Positions 35,947 to 49,454 are shown, counted from the first letter of the stretch. The stretch: 56,258 nucleotides of DNA from Dimargaris cristalligena (GCA_003614675.1 ML002257.1:1-56258), one strand, 5' to 3'. Numbers and translations are program-made. The notes: generated from the sequence alone by a model not told the origin.

Positions 35947-37083
35947 ACGGCACCGGGAAGAGGGATTCACTGGACGAATAGTTCCAATCGAATCGGTGGG
36001 GACATATCCCCATCGACTGACTCGCAATGCCCCCTGGCACAGCTTATACCAGTAATGGCTTGGTGCGTTAAATTGGTATCTTTCGACCGCCCAACTTCTT
36101 CACATATTATTTTCGTATTTCCCTAGTTTTTCGTTTTTTTCTTTTCTTGCGGCCAGTGGAAATTTTAACCTTATATCCATCTTCAATAACCACACCTTTC
36201 TTGATCGTAACCTAACCGATTTCAATATTGTTATACACTCCTCCTCCTCTTCTTTATCTTCGTACACTACAACCACAACAACTGGACGAGGTTTACCTCC
36301 ATCCACTTTATCTTTATCACCTTCATCGATACACATTCAATAAATAACCCCACTATATTATATTACTAAACATGGTACATTATTATTGGCTAAATATAGG
36401 TTATTAGTCGCCATCGAGGGCAGCGTGATGATAAAAATTATCAATGAATCATAATTTATTGGTGATAATAACGAGTATATTCTAAAGACCATTCATCCAA
36501 ATCACTCATATGCGCTGGTATCAGCTTCAAAAATACGGTTCGCAGGGAAAGGCAGTTGAATTACCCATTTACAACACATACAAAGTACGTTCAATAGCGG
36601 CACCAATATTATAGATACTAAAATATTCCTCACATGAGCGTCCTGTAATTACTATCCCCAACCATATAACAGGAATAAATAACCCAAATAATTTAATATG
36701 TTTATTAGTCCATAGGTCCAGCGGTGTGCTTAAATACAATGACTAAATGTGGGTTATTGACTCTGGGTATTATTAGGTATGATACATAATTGTTGGAACT
36801 ATATTAACCAACGTATGAGACCCATGCTGTGACAACTTGATGATAGCACAACCAATCAACTCGAACTGCAAATTTGCTAACACCCCCACACCACTGAGGG
36901 TACTAAAGAAAGACCTGTATGACGAGAGTAAATGAAATATAAATAAAATAAATAGAGCAAATGACTCCAAGCTGGTCACCAATAAACTGCCCATTAAATG
37001 CAGCATAACCATAGGTAATTCGCTTGACAGATGCTAATTAACTATATATTTATAATGTACTACTAATAAACTTTTCCATGTGG

Positions 37084-37165
37084 GGGCAGATGGCCGAGTG
37101 GTCTAAGGCGCTACGTTAAGGCCGTAGTCTCTTCGGAGGCGTGGGTTCGAATCCCACTCTGCTCA
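37084..37165 (+). tRNA. tRNA-Leu (anticodon AAG)
   Basis: Acceptor stem GGGCAGA/TCTGCTC, D arm TGGCCGAGTGGTCTAAGGC, anticodon arm CTACG-TTAAGGC-CGTAG, long variable arm, T arm GTGGG-TTCGAAT-CCCAC, and an oligo-T terminator just downstream. Confidence 0.96.
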
Positions 37166-37762
37166 CATATTTTTGTCGTCCTCGACTCGGGATTACATTT
37201 TTTGTTTCTACTGTACCGTAAGGTTTTAATTGCCAGTTCTCTTCGTATATTTTATATACAGTAAATAAAGTACTTCAAATGGCACCGCGTTGCAGTTTAG
37301 AAGTATTGTAGTGCGTAATGGATATTGTCAGCACCACTATACCATACCCCTGTATTCTATAAGCCAGGATATAGGATCTGTACAATCTGCGATTCTCGAA
37401 TTTAATATGGCGGTGATAAATGCTCCCAATAACTAAATGAATCCCCTGGACATATTGGTCAATGGAATTTATAATTTATTGATTGTATCCAATTCAACGG
37501 GTAATAGGTTTCATTTCGATGTTCAGTCACGCAGACTTGTAAATCCAGTGAAAACTCAATGATACCCCCCAAGCCTTGCTAAAGAGAAAGTCAGCAAAAA
37601 ATAGGCCCCGCATGACGAGACACTAAGAAACCCCCGCTTAGGATATTTCCTTACCTGATGCTTTCAAAACCCTTATTGATACACGCTGAGAACTCCATTC
37701 TTATTCACATTCTTAACCGGTATAAAACTTTTTACTCGGGGGTTTGCGACGATAAATAGGCC

Positions 37763-40700
37763 ATGGCGGAGGAAATCGTGTACGAAGATTCGCCATTTGC
37801 GGAGTACCTATTACGTAGGTACATTTCATAAAGTTTCAGCGGTGCCGTACATTCCCTTCAGCACCAACTAGAGTCATGGTCGGGGAATCTCGTTGGGTGG
37901 GCATGAAAGGGCCCTCCCACGAACCACAAAGACGAGACGACCAATGTGGTTTGTCAATTGAAGAATAAGGCAGCCCATTCCCCTAATGCGTCGTATTTTT
38001 TTTGCTTGTTTCTGTCCTGTAGAGGTCCATGGCGATGAGCTAACGACGATCCCTGCTGTCGAAAACGAACCAGACTCGACAACATGGTCGCCCTCGGTCC
38101 AGGCGGGTTTTCATCGAGCAATTGATTTTGCCCGACGGTGGTTCATTCCTGTAAGTTGTTGCCCAAGGCCCCTTTGGCTTTCTCGAGGAATTGGGAGGTA
38201 GGGCTGCTCCTCGGCGTTTGTGGGTTTGGTTTCGGTAGGCTATTGTCAACCTAAGCCCGAATCATTTTCCTTCAACTAATGGAAGTGATACGATCTTTTT
38301 TTTTTTGGGGGGGGGGACATACCCGTGCCTATTATCACCCTATGCATTGGCATTGCCCACCCCAGGATCGGTTATTTTACGAGTCCGCATCGGCCTCGTG
38401 TATCGCCCATTGGAACACGGTGATGGAAGAACAGCTCTGGCGGTCACAGTTGCTTCAGCCTACACTGTCGCCGCATAACTACCCCGCAAGTGCACGCACA
38501 AGTTCAGACGTGCCGATACGCTCTACTCGGCGGTACCTCTCTTTATGTAGTCGGTTATTCCCCACTCTTGTGGTCCGCTTTCCCAGCCTGGTCAAGGGGA
38601 GCCTATTGGCAACTCTGGTGGGCAGTATTATTGGAGTCCGCCTATTCTGGGACCGTCGGCTCCCAGCCCTCTCCACGCCCGTGCCCCCCAGACAATGGTT
38701 GACAATGGTCGGGTCCGGACTAGCTGGATTATCTTTGCTTGGGTTACAGGGTCGGTGGTTCCAGGAGCAAATGCAGCGGGCGCTACAACAGGAATTGACC
38801 CGCCTAATTACCGCCTGCCAAATCTGGGATGCCCAGGCTACCCGCCTCCTTAAAACTATACAGGAAATTGAGCTTGTTGCACGAGGTTATCGGCTACTGA
38901 CACCGCTTCCTCCGGTATCGCGCATTGAACTGCGCGGCTCGCGGAAACAGGGTCTGTCCCTTCGACAGGGTCTTCGGAGTGCTATTGACCAGCAATATAA
39001 AGAGTGGCAGGCCCATCCCTTGCTCTCCACCATGGATACCTTGGACGAATCATATGGTGCCACGGGACAGACTAATATTGATGAACTAGACATGCCACCC
39101 GTGGCTTTTTCAGGGGAAGAAAATCCAGCGGCTGACCCTCTAACTATCCAGTGCCTTAAGGATGATCTTCAGAACCTCTACCAGTACCGACGAATCTGGC
39201 TTCTTGACTTGATCGTCGCGCATCGGGCGAGTTCATCAAACAGTTGCCGAGATATGGTCCAGCGAGTCAAGGCTATTCTTCAGGTCGTTGATGTGACCGT
39301 CCAAAATGTCAAGCGTATCCACCAACTGGGAATAGGTAAGGGCGGTAGAGTGATTGGCAATGATATGTAGAGGTATATACAAATAGGCAGACAAATGGGT
39401 TAGTCTAGCACACTGCTTGATTTTACAAAAGGTACCTCGGATAAGCCATTGGCAATAGATTATTGCCTTTGGTATGAAGAAAATCGACGCATTACTAATT
39501 TGTTATTTCAGTAACCCGTTTCAAACATAATGTGCACTGACATAGAGCCAGATGCGTCAGGCTTGGCTAAAACATGTCCGACTGATGAAAAGCACCCCCT
39601 CCTGGAGCATCTGAGTGCCCTCAACCATACTCTGCGGTCTATCCAGGCCAAAATTTACCTGAGTACTCAAGAGGCGCATGTCTCTGGACAGATACACGAC
39701 GGTAAGTGAAGAATAACTTATAATGGAACATTATGCTCGGGGAGCGGGGTACTACTTAGAGTATACTTAATCAACTGTGCCACTTATAAAGACTGGTCAG
39801 CTGAATTGAAAAAGTGGCACTTAGTTAATATATTTATAATGCTTTGGTCTGTACAAAAACTGATACCCCCAATTAGGCCGACGGGAACCGGGCCATTTAA
39901 ATCAGCTCCAGGAGTATTACACATCGATCCAAACGGACATTGGCCAATTATCAACTCAGTGGGAGCAGGGCGCCCGAGCCTTGAGTGCCTTAACCAACTC
40001 ACTTCCTTCAGGTAAAACTAATTGGATTTTTTTTCCATTAACTGGCCAATTTAGCTACAGTTTCCATTAGTGCACTTATTGTGGGTTCGAGCCCGCGTGG
40101 GCCTTTACTGGCATTTGAATAGGATATGGACTGTACTAATAGTCGTGTTTTACCCATGCCCGATAAGGGCCTATTGCACGTATCTAGGCCTTGACCAACC
40201 GGCACCATGCCCCGAGTCGGACAGTCCCCGCTCCGAAAACGATGTCGACGAGAGCTCTCCTTTTACTCATGATTGTCTCCCTGTCCCCGATGATGACCAA
40301 GGCGGCATCGAACAAGTGTTTGAGGCCGTTGCCGAAAAGGACGATGCTTCAATCGGGAGAAGTGTAAGTTACTGTTATGGAGTATGGGGACCAATATTTA
40401 GGGATAGATGCTAGTTTTTCTCTTTTGACCTCGAAACCCACATACATTTTACTTACTCCCAACGATATTGGCCTTAGCCGTCGACTTTTTTTTTTGTTAA
40501 ATCGAACACGGGAATCGTTTCTCTATGTACTTTATTATTTTTTTGTAGAAACTATCTCGGCAAGAGCGAATTGTCCAGCAGCGCCAGCGACGAGAAATAG
40601 AGGTAACTAATAGTGTCCGTATATTTGGTCCAACATGTCCAATTGCTAGTCAGCACATATTAAGAGTATTGCCTTTTCTCTGAACTCAACCCTGGTATAT

Positions 40701-40819
40701 GATATATATGTAATCAAATTTCCATTGTTTTTGAAATGCAGAGCCAACGGGCACTCGAGAAGTCGGCTCGCGCCGATCTTGTATCCGAATTGAAGGGGGT
40801 ACTTCAAAACAAGCCTTGA
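37763..40819 (+). CDS. Vezatin-domain membrane protein (VezA-like)
   Basis: Exons 37763-37814, 38023-38150, 38366-39335, 39546-39701, 39877-40011, 40188-40363, 40549-40602 and 40742-40819 join in frame. Contains MAEEIVYEDSPFAEYL, two hydrophobic helices, IQEIELVARGYRLLTPLPPVSRIE, LRSIQAKIYL and KLSRQERI. Confidence 0.8.
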
Positions 40820-41013
40820 AACACAGTCGTTTGGGATTAGTCTAAATTAAAACGAAAGACATTATGCCACTGCACAAAGGAGCTGTTACGATAGCATACC
40901 TGAATAAATAGAGCACTATATTATAAGGCCAGGATGAGGTCTGCTCCCCCATATGTAGTATTCCTGGAATACTCAAAGTATTGGTGGGTGGAGTAGTAGC
41001 TATTGGAGGTTGA

Positions 41014-41023
41014 ATCACGTGAT
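41014..41023. promoter_or_regulatory. E-box ATCACGTGAT upstream of NOC2
   Basis: Identical 10-mer to the HAS1 site, about 480 bp upstream of the ATG. Confidence 0.45.
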
Positions 41024-41499
41024 ATTAAGCCTATATTAGGCAGCCGTTACCTACACTTAACTTTGCAGGGTGGTTTTTGCCTTTTTGCACCATTTTCCTT
41101 GGAAAATCAATACCGTCCTATACTATGAAAAAAAAAGAGCATGGTGGTTAAAGTGATAGGGAACTATAAAGAATTAACCGAAATAATCAAGCAGACTAAA
41201 TCACATCAAATCAATTGAAGGCTATGCCAGACTGCTTTGTTGCTTTTATTCTACCTGTCTTTCTGAGCAGTTTCTTGTTGCCAGAAGTACTTGTCCGATT
41301 TACCTCTTCTACCTGCCCTTGAACATTCAACCAGTATTACTCTCGACTAGGTGTATACTGCTGGCCTTGGTCTATTCTGTTATTTTCTCAGTTGTTCCGT
41401 CTCACTTCTCCTTCCTTGTCGCGCTGATTGCCTTTTACCACACACCCCATTCTAGTTCCACCACACTCGCCTTTCTTCTCCAGGCACTTTCATATCACC

Positions 41500-43749
41500 A
41501 TGGGTAAAGTAACCAAGCGTACGAAGAATTTCACCCGCAAGCATTTGGACGGTGCCAATGAGCGCCGTCGCGAGCTGGGCAAGGTCAAGCGTGGCATTCA
41601 AAAGCGCGAAACCCGTAAAACCGCCCGCGACGAACGAGAGCAGGCCCACCGCGTGAACGAAGAGATTACCTCCGAGCAAACCGGCTTGGTCCGGTACCCC
41701 CGGGACAAGACCGCCGATCTCGAATCCTTTGCCCTGGCCGACAGCAATGGTCAGGCCGTCGAGAAGAAAACGGTCCCGGCCCGGCGTTCGGCCTTTACCG
41801 ACGCCAAATTTGACGAATACGATGATGGTTTTGTATTCGGTGACGAGGTCGCGGAGAACCGGGCCATGGGGACCCAGGGTAAGAGTGCTCCCGAGGAAAG
41901 CCAGACCCGTTCTAACTTCGCCGGTAGTAAGGCGAATCATTGGCAGCACGAGGACCCCGAGTTCCACCAGTTTGACGAGAAGAAAACCTTGCATTTCGAT
42001 GGTTCGGACGACGAGGGTGATATGGCCATGGAGGCAGAGGACGACGATACCGAGGTCCGGGGCAGTGCTTCGGCCTCTAAAGGCCCCCTCCGGGTCACCG
42101 ATGCTATGGTCAACCAATGGGTCTCGCAAATCACCAAGAACTATGACCAGTCCGCCTTCAAGTCGCTCATCACCGCTTTCCGGTGGGCCGTCCAGCCCCC
42201 TTCCTCCGGAGCCCACTCGGTCCAGCCGGTGGAAAAGAGCAAGGACAAGCGCAGCAAAGTGACCAAGAACAAGAAGACGTCAGCGAAGGACCAGGGCATG
42301 GGTGCGGCGATGGAGGGCCCGGTCTACAAAATCGAGTCCGACTCGGTGTACCAGAAGGTGGTGACCGAAGCCATGCGCTGCACCCCGCTGTACCTCCGCC
42401 ACCGGATGCCTCTGGATATTCCGTACAGCCACGAGCCGACGACCAAGCCCACGCATAACGAAAGCAAACTGCGAGACTTGATGAGTTCGGGCAAGGGGAA
42501 CAAGGCCGACCGTAACCTCCTTCGCAGTTACCTGTGGACGTGGCTGCACCTCTGCGAGAACACCCACGACTCGGGCATGATTCGCTTTATTCTGCAGGAG
42601 GCCCGCCCCATGCTGCACTACTTCCTCTCCATCAAATCCGCCCAGCGGTTCGTGCTCCGGGTCCTCTACGAGTTCGCGTCCGTCAATGCGCCCGACGAGG
42701 CCGTCCAAGTGGCCGCCTTTATGCTGCTGCGCCAAATCGTGATGGAATTCCCGCGGCAGTTCTACGAACCCGTCTGCAAATCCGTCTACGTTTGGTTTAC
42801 GCGGGCCGCCAAAAACCTAACCCCGCATACCCTCGGGGCGATCAACCTGATGGCCCAGTTCGGCGTTGAACTGTACGGCATCAACCGCACCCTCGGCTAT
42901 CAGCTGGCTTTCTCGTATTTGCGGCAATTGGCTATCCACTTGCGTAACGCCCGGACGGCCGAGTCCCGAGAAGCGGTCCTGACCATCTACAACTGGCAGT
43001 TCATCTCCTGTCTGCGCTTCTGGACCGACGTGTTGGCCAGCCACGCCGAACCGGAACCCGAGGCCCTCATCGGTGTAGTCCAACCCACCCAGCGGGCCAT
43101 TCGTGCCGATCTGCGCAGCCTCATCTACCCGCTCGCCCAACTAATTAACGGGACCGCTCGCCTCAACAGCAACTACTATTACTTCCCCCTTCGTTTCCAC
43201 TGCGTCCGTATGATGAATCAATTGGCCCGCGCTACCGGTACCTTTATCCCCACCGGGGGCCTGCTCCTCGACGTCCTCTACCACCCCGAAATGAGCCGTA
43301 AAGTTCACACCGTCTCCAAGAAGCCCATGGACTTTAACTTTGTCCTCAAAGCGCCCGAGGAATACGAGCGCACCCTGGCCTACGTCGTGGGCTGCCTGGA
43401 ACAGACCAACGACCTGGCGGTGGAGCACCTGTACACCCACGCCAAAAATATCGCGTTCCCGGAAATGTCCGGTACTCTGATTGCCGAACTGAAGCGGTTT
43501 ATCCGTAAACGTAAGCTGGTCCGGTACGAGAAGTCCGTCGAAGGACTCCTCCGGGCGCTCAAGAAACACCGCCAGTTCATCGAAACCGAGCGTTCGGCCC
43601 GGTCCTGGACCCCGAAGGACTTTACGGCGGTGAAGACGTTCCTGGCCACGACACCCGTGGAACAGACGCCCTTTGGTGAATTCTACAAGTCGTATAGTAG
43701 CGTGAAGCGGATGCAAATCGAGGCTATCCAGATGAGTGAAACGAAATAG
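41500..43749 (+). CDS. NOC2: Nucleolar complex protein Noc2
   Basis: MGKVTKRTKNFTRKHL start, EDPEFHQF, YQLAFSYLRQLAIHLRNA, IYNWQFISCLRFW, LIYPLAQ, YFPLRFHCVR and IAFPE. Single coding exon. Confidence 0.93.
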   Translation: MGKVTKRTKNFTRKHLDGANERRRELGKVKRGIQKRETRKTARDEREQAHRVNEEITSEQTGLVRYPRDKTADLESFALADSNGQAVEKKTVPARRSAFTDAKFDEYDDGFVFGDEVAENRAMGTQGKSAPEESQTRSNFAGSKANHWQHEDPEFHQFDEKKTLHFDGSDDEGDMAMEAEDDDTEVRGSASASKGPLRVTDAMVNQWVSQITKNYDQSAFKSLITAFRWAVQPPSSGAHSVQPVEKSKDKRSKVTKNKKTSAKDQGMGAAMEGPVYKIESDSVYQKVVTEAMRCTPLYLRHRMPLDIPYSHEPTTKPTHNESKLRDLMSSGKGNKADRNLLRSYLWTWLHLCENTHDSGMIRFILQEARPMLHYFLSIKSAQRFVLRVLYEFASVNAPDEAVQVAAFMLLRQIVMEFPRQFYEPVCKSVYVWFTRAAKNLTPHTLGAINLMAQFGVELYGINRTLGYQLAFSYLRQLAIHLRNARTAESREAVLTIYNWQFISCLRFWTDVLASHAEPEPEALIGVVQPTQRAIRADLRSLIYPLAQLINGTARLNSNYYYFPLRFHCVRMMNQLARATGTFIPTGGLLLDVLYHPEMSRKVHTVSKKPMDFNFVLKAPEEYERTLAYVVGCLEQTNDLAVEHLYTHAKNIAFPEMSGTLIAELKRFIRKRKLVRYEKSVEGLLRALKKHRQFIETERSARSWTPKDFTAVKTFLATTPVEQTPFGEFYKSYSSVKRMQIEAIQMSETK

Positions 43750-44515
43750 ACTATCCTATTTAGCATATAATTCCTCTCTCCTATATGCGGTCCGTTGTGG
43801 CATACCAGTTAGCAGCGTCAACCTGCCTATTTTTATTATCACCTTATTCTGTGTCAAATTGATTTTTACTTTGGGCTTCTACATACTGGAATGTTTTATA
43901 ACTCCTATGATTAAAATGATTATGATTTCAACCTAATCCCCGTCCTATTGACATCGAATACAGCCGACTACGCCATATACGTTCGGCTATATGGCCAATT
44001 GGTCCATTATTAAAATGTGATTATAGCTAGGGCTTGGTACGTATGGGAGGGGCTGCTGCTGAGGAGGCTGGTAGCTATTGCTCGATGGAGGTGAATTGGA
44101 AAGGCAGAGGAGCAGGCATTAACCATCCGAACTACAATTGCTCAGATAAACATAGCCCGATCACATGATTCAAAGGTGAAACGCTTCCCTCTGCAATGGG
44201 CTACTTTTAATTGATTTCCAAATTAATTCTAGAGAGATTGAGAAGAGACCTTCCAATATGGAGCGAGGTAATAATGCAAGCTCCCGTGTTGGCTAATATT
44301 CTGGGCTATTCACAGTTGCGCAAGCTCAACTGGGTGCGCCTAAAACGAAAGACAAATGGGCTGTTGCTGCTGGCATCGGAACTCTTTGGACACCTATTTT
44401 GTTCTTGTCAATGCTAGCTATTCCAACGTAGCCAGACTCAATTTCCCTTTCCCTTTACTTAGACAATCGGTAGTTCCTTTATAAATTGTTGATATTCGTC
44501 ACCGCTGTCTTCCCC

Positions 44516-47359
44516 ATGCCCTCTCAAAAGATACTTGTCGTTGGCTCCGTACAGGGCCAATTTAGCAAGTTTTTCAAAAAAGTAGGCGCCATTCACCGCA
44601 AGAATGGGCCCTTTGACTTGGTTCTTTGCACCGGCGATTTTTTTGGTGCCGAGTCAACTAGCCCATCCACGGAAACCACTTCCGAGGGGGAGAATGCCGA
44701 ATTGGCGCGTCTACTGGCTGGCGAGATCCCCGTAGCGGTCCCGACTTATGTGATTCTCGGTCCATCCCCTCTATTGGCCGCCGTCGACATTCGACTCTCG
44801 GCCCAGGGTGGCGAAATCTGTCCGAATGTTCAATTCTTAGGTAACACACTAACCCAACCAACCCTCCCTACAAATCTTGGCCCTAGCACCTAGTGGTATC
44901 CGATGATATTGGTATGCAATGCTAGATAATCCTAACCATCTCCTACTCTATACCCCCCCACCAAAAACCTATTTCCATATTCCCTATTCCTTATTCAACC
45001 AGGCAAGAGCGGTGTATTTAAGACCATTGGCGGCGTGAAGATCGCTTTCCTCGGCGGCTCATACCAAGCCGAATCAAACGAACCCATTGTCCAGAAAGAC
45101 GACCCCACCACCCCTCTCGTTGAAGACGCGCCCAACTATATCGATCCTAGTCCAATGAACCGGTATGGAGACAGCACCATCCAAGCTGCAGTTACGGCCC
45201 AAATGGGTGCTGCCGCTGCTACCCAAGGACTTGCCCCGGTCTCCCTGAACAAGGACTCTGCCGCTAGTCAAAACGAGGCCTTCCACGCCGACATTGATGT
45301 TCTATTAACATTCGACTGGCCCCGTCTCATTGGGCGGAATTCGTCTATACCCCTAACTGCCATTAGTCCTGAAACCCGTGGCTCGATGGGCGTTTCCCAG
45401 GTCAGCATGGCCTATCGCCCCCGGTACCATTTCGCTGGTGGGGCACCGGGTGTGTTCTATGAGCGTGAACCGTACAAGTACCCCCGGGGCACCGTTGTAT
45501 CCGCCGACGGTAGTCCGCATTATACCCGATTTGTTGGGCTGGCCGCCTTCAACCACGCGAGTAAACAACGCTGGTTTTATGCCATGGCGCTCACTCCTTT
45601 AGCCGCTCAAGCCCTAGCCGATCCCGCCGACCAAGGGGGGCTTCCCGAGTCATGTACCGACTGTCCCTTCCCGCTTACTTTAATTTACGATGCCGATCAG
45701 GTGCGTTCCTTGAAACGGGCCCCCCAGACGGCGGGGCTGGCCGGCGAGAGTGATGATGATGACCAGTTCCGCTGGCAGCTGGGCAATGGCCCGAAACGTC
45801 CACGGGAGCGTCCACCACCACCCGAATCTTACACCTGTAATATTTGTCACCAACCCGGCCATTGGATCCAAGAGTGTCCGTCTAAGCCCATCCGGAATAA
45901 CGCCAACGGCGGTACAGGTGGAAGTGGTGGTGGAGTTCCGACCGCCCCACCCGATACCTATACCTGCAATATTTGTCACCAATCGGGCCATTGGATCCAG
46001 GAATGTCCCCAGAAAAAGCCGGCCCGGGGCGATGAACCCTCGGACTTGGCTCAGAGGCCCGTACCCGATGGGTACATTTGCAAAATTTGCCAGGTGGCCG
46101 GTCATTGGATCCAGGACTGCCCGCAGCGGCAACAAGCGACTACTACGGATCCCGCGGCGGTAGCCGGGGCCAACTCGACGGGGGCACCCCAGCGGACCAA
46201 ACCGCCCCCCGAGAGCTATACCTGCAATGCCTGTCGGGTTCCGGGTCACTGGATTCAAAACTGTCCCCAGATTGCCGAACGGGACCTCGAGCGCAAACGT
46301 CAGTTCCAAATGAACCACTGCTGGTTCTGTCTAGCCAACCCCGCGGTGGATAAGGAACTGATCGTCCATATTACGGACCACGTCTACCTGACACTGGCGA
46401 AGGGGGGTGTACATACCGACCAGTCGCCCATTCCCGGTCGCGGCCATTTTCTGGCCTTACCCGTGGAACACGTCTCGTCGTTCCGTAACGTCGAACTCGA
46501 CGAACAATTGGCCATTGTGGAGGGGCTGGAAAAATACAAGAGTTTGCTGCGGAAGTTATTTGACCAACATGATCACGCCCTACTAACGTTTGAGCTCTGT
46601 CGGCCGCGTAGTTCACAGAGCCATGCTCATTTGCAGGTAGGTTTCCATGCGATCTTGGATCATGGGAAAGTTCCTTAATCGCAACTCGTTAATCAATAGA
46701 AATGATGAATTGGAAAATATGGCGACTAATAGCTGATTTCGTATATATATATATATTATTTCGCGACTCCATTATGCCTCCTCGATTCGTTGATTACGTC
46801 TATAGATGGTGGCGATACCGAATACCCTGGTTCCTAAACTCAGAGAGCGGATAATAGAGGAGGCCCTCGCCGCCCAAATCATGCGATTCGATGACGATTT
46901 TCCGGTAAGTTAATTAAAAGCAAGGCAGGCGGCCAAACGTTATTGTATGACTTTCTTGTAGAAAAAATGCATCCACGAGGACAGCTCAACTACTATACTT
47001 TAGAATGCTAAATTAGAATTGGATTTTAACACCATACTACCTATCCCCCCTTTCATATATGTCCCTCCTCTAACTGTGTTTTTCTGGCTGGTACACACCG
47101 TTTCTTCTACTATATTCTACAGGATGACAAACAAATGGGCTACTTTAAATTCGACCTCCCTGACGGCACTTCCTTGGTCCACCCCCTGGCTGACAGTGAT
47201 CGATCCTTTGATCTTCAATTCGGGCGTAAGATTGTCGCCAAGCTGATGAAAACGCCCGAACGGGGTGATTGGCGCGCGTGTGTCGTCCCCTCAGAGGAGG
47301 CCCAACAGATGCGGCTAGCGGGTTTAAACGCCCTCCGCGAAATCGACCCAGATCTATAG
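44516..47359 (+). CDS. CWF19L1: CWF19-like 1/Drn1 (pseudo-metallophosphoesterase + four CCHC knuckles + CwfJ C-terminal domains)
   Basis: Exons 44516-44840, 45003-46636, 46806-46904 and 47123-47359. Contains KILVVG..KNGPFDLVLCTGDFF, DVLLTFDWP, RPRYHF..FYEREPY, CWFCLANP, LTLAKGG, HAHLQ, FDLQFGR and DWRAC. Confidence 0.9.
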
Positions 47360-47602
47360 ACTTGAAAGTTTTACGCATACATCATATTGGATTGCCCTGG
47401 TGTCGATTTTAATGTACGACCGAATACCCCCCCCCTATCCCTTAATCGGACCATTGGGAATCAATGGACTTGGATGAGACAGCAACATAACTTATTACAG
47501 CCCCTTGGTTTGATACAGACGAAAGGGATGCCATCATTAAATGTAACTGCCTCGAAATTTATTGACTAAATATCACGTACGGGTGTTTAGGTATAGGCAT
47601 AA

Positions 47603-49454
47603 TTATCCAAGGAGTTGTCGGATATAAAGCAACACGTCGTCGGGCTATTTTGTAGGGATAATGCGTGGCACGTTAGGATAAAATGGCACCCCGGGTTTTT
47701 TATACAGTCAAACAGAGGGATGGATATTATAGAAGAGGGTGAGCAGCGGTGGTTAGTCGGGTAGTACACAGCTATAGAAAGCGATATGTATGGAAAATAC
47801 CAGATATGCCACTGGTGGGGATGCAATGATGATACATTTTCGGGATACTATTTCACGTTAACGAAAGTACGGCCACAGGACTGTAGTACTTAATCGGTCA
47901 CTTACATCTTGGTGAGTCGAATGGGTGGTACTTGTCGATGTTGATTCGGAGGGGTCACTAAAGTGAGACAGTATGTTATCGAGGTTTCGCCTCCAGGGCA
48001 CTCGTGCTTCGACGGACGAGTCGTCAGCATTCTCCGGTTCGCGTAGACGGGGGTCGGGATTGACCCAATAGCAGAAGGCGCGGTGCTCTAAACTAACGTC
48101 GAACAACGGTTGGGTCGAATCGACCAAGCAGCTGGTAGAAGTAGTAGCAGTGGAAGTCGGGGCGGGGGCGTTGGGTTTTTTAGTGGGGGTGCCGCCGGCG
48201 AGGTCTGGATTCGAGGGTGAGGCAAGCGATTGGAACATCCAAAGGGCCACTTTCCGGAAACACATGGGACAGTAACTAATATCCCGGTCGAGAGTCCGGG
48301 TCATGTTCCAACCGAACAGATGGAGGATGGCCCGGGTTAATTTGCTTTGGTTTTGCAAGTCGTTTTCGGTTTCGGGACTGGGCATTACCGGCGATGAAGG
48401 ATTAGTCGGAGCTGATGGGGCCGATGTTGAATGGGGTGTTTGGACACACGACGCTGTCAAGTGGGGAGGGGATAGAATAGCCAATAGTCGTTTACAAGTT
48501 TCGTCGGAAAGCGGGTGTTCAATAGCCGGTAGGGACGAAGTTAGGGAGGGACTCGAAATGGTACACGACTCCACGAGTTCCGACCGCAGTTCGTCGGCAG
48601 TCTGCAAGGGAATAGTGTAAAGGGTCGCTTCGCAGTGGCGCTGTCGCCAAGGACACTGGGTATTATGGGCAGTGGTCAACTGTTCCAAGTATTTGGCAAC
48701 GAGTGACGAGCCCTTGGGGTCTGCTGTGGGTGATGGTGATTCGGGTTCGATTTTCACTTCCATTTTGCTATTAGCCTCTCCGAGGGGCTCTGAACCAGGT
48801 AAGTCCACGGTATTTTCCGGTGGTTCCAACGCCGAATCAGGCTCGAGATTCACGGATAAGTCCATGAGTAACGTTGCTAGGCAGTAGCCGCAACGTAGAG
48901 TGTTCTTGTCGGTATTGATCCACCCGTACCGACTACAGACGACCGGTGACAGGGCCGGAGGATTTATACGCCAGGTATGGATTTGATAAGTCGACAGGCG
49001 GTCAAGCAAAGACTCCCTGTCCCAGGGTTTAAAGGCCTTGAAGACGGCCAAATCGGGTCTAGTCGCTCTAGGTAACGTTGAAGCAAAGTGGAGTTACGTG
49101 TGGAACATGCGCGTATCATGCCCAGTTAGTGGCAGTTGTGGGCAGTTTGGGAGCGGGTATAATATAGTATGTAGCAGCAGTCGACTCGCCTGGGAGTTCC
49201 TCCCATTCTGCGAAGGGCCGCGTATGGAAATGGACCATTAGAAAACAGGAATGCATGATGTGTGGAGTCTAAGGCGGCGAAAGAAGAAGGGTGAGGGAAG
49301 CCAGTCGAACTTACCTGAAGAGACGTTCCGTATTAGCCGGACTGACAGCATCGGCACCCGTGGCCGGTGAGGAAGTCAATTTCCTCTTAGCCGTAGGGGT
49401 TAGAGTAGCCGCTACCTCATCGAGCCGACGCTTCGTCAACGGGGTTGACGCCAT
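47603..49454 (-). CDS. C3HC zinc-finger protein, Rsm1/NIPA(ZC3HC1)/Pml39 family
   Basis: Exons 49454-49315, 49067-47906 and 47644-47603 (PDDVLLYIRQLLG*). First module FKPWDRESLLDRLSTY..W..CSRYGW..C-x2-C..H-x3-CPW. Second module LFGW..CPMCFRKVALW..FDVSLEHRAFCYW. Confidence 0.85.

Noticed and set aside
46702-46737. Box C (ATGATGA) and box D (CTGA) with a short terminal stem in CWF19L1 intron 2
   Set aside because: Only about 36 nt, too short for a C/D snoRNA, and the CTGA may be a branch-site sequence.
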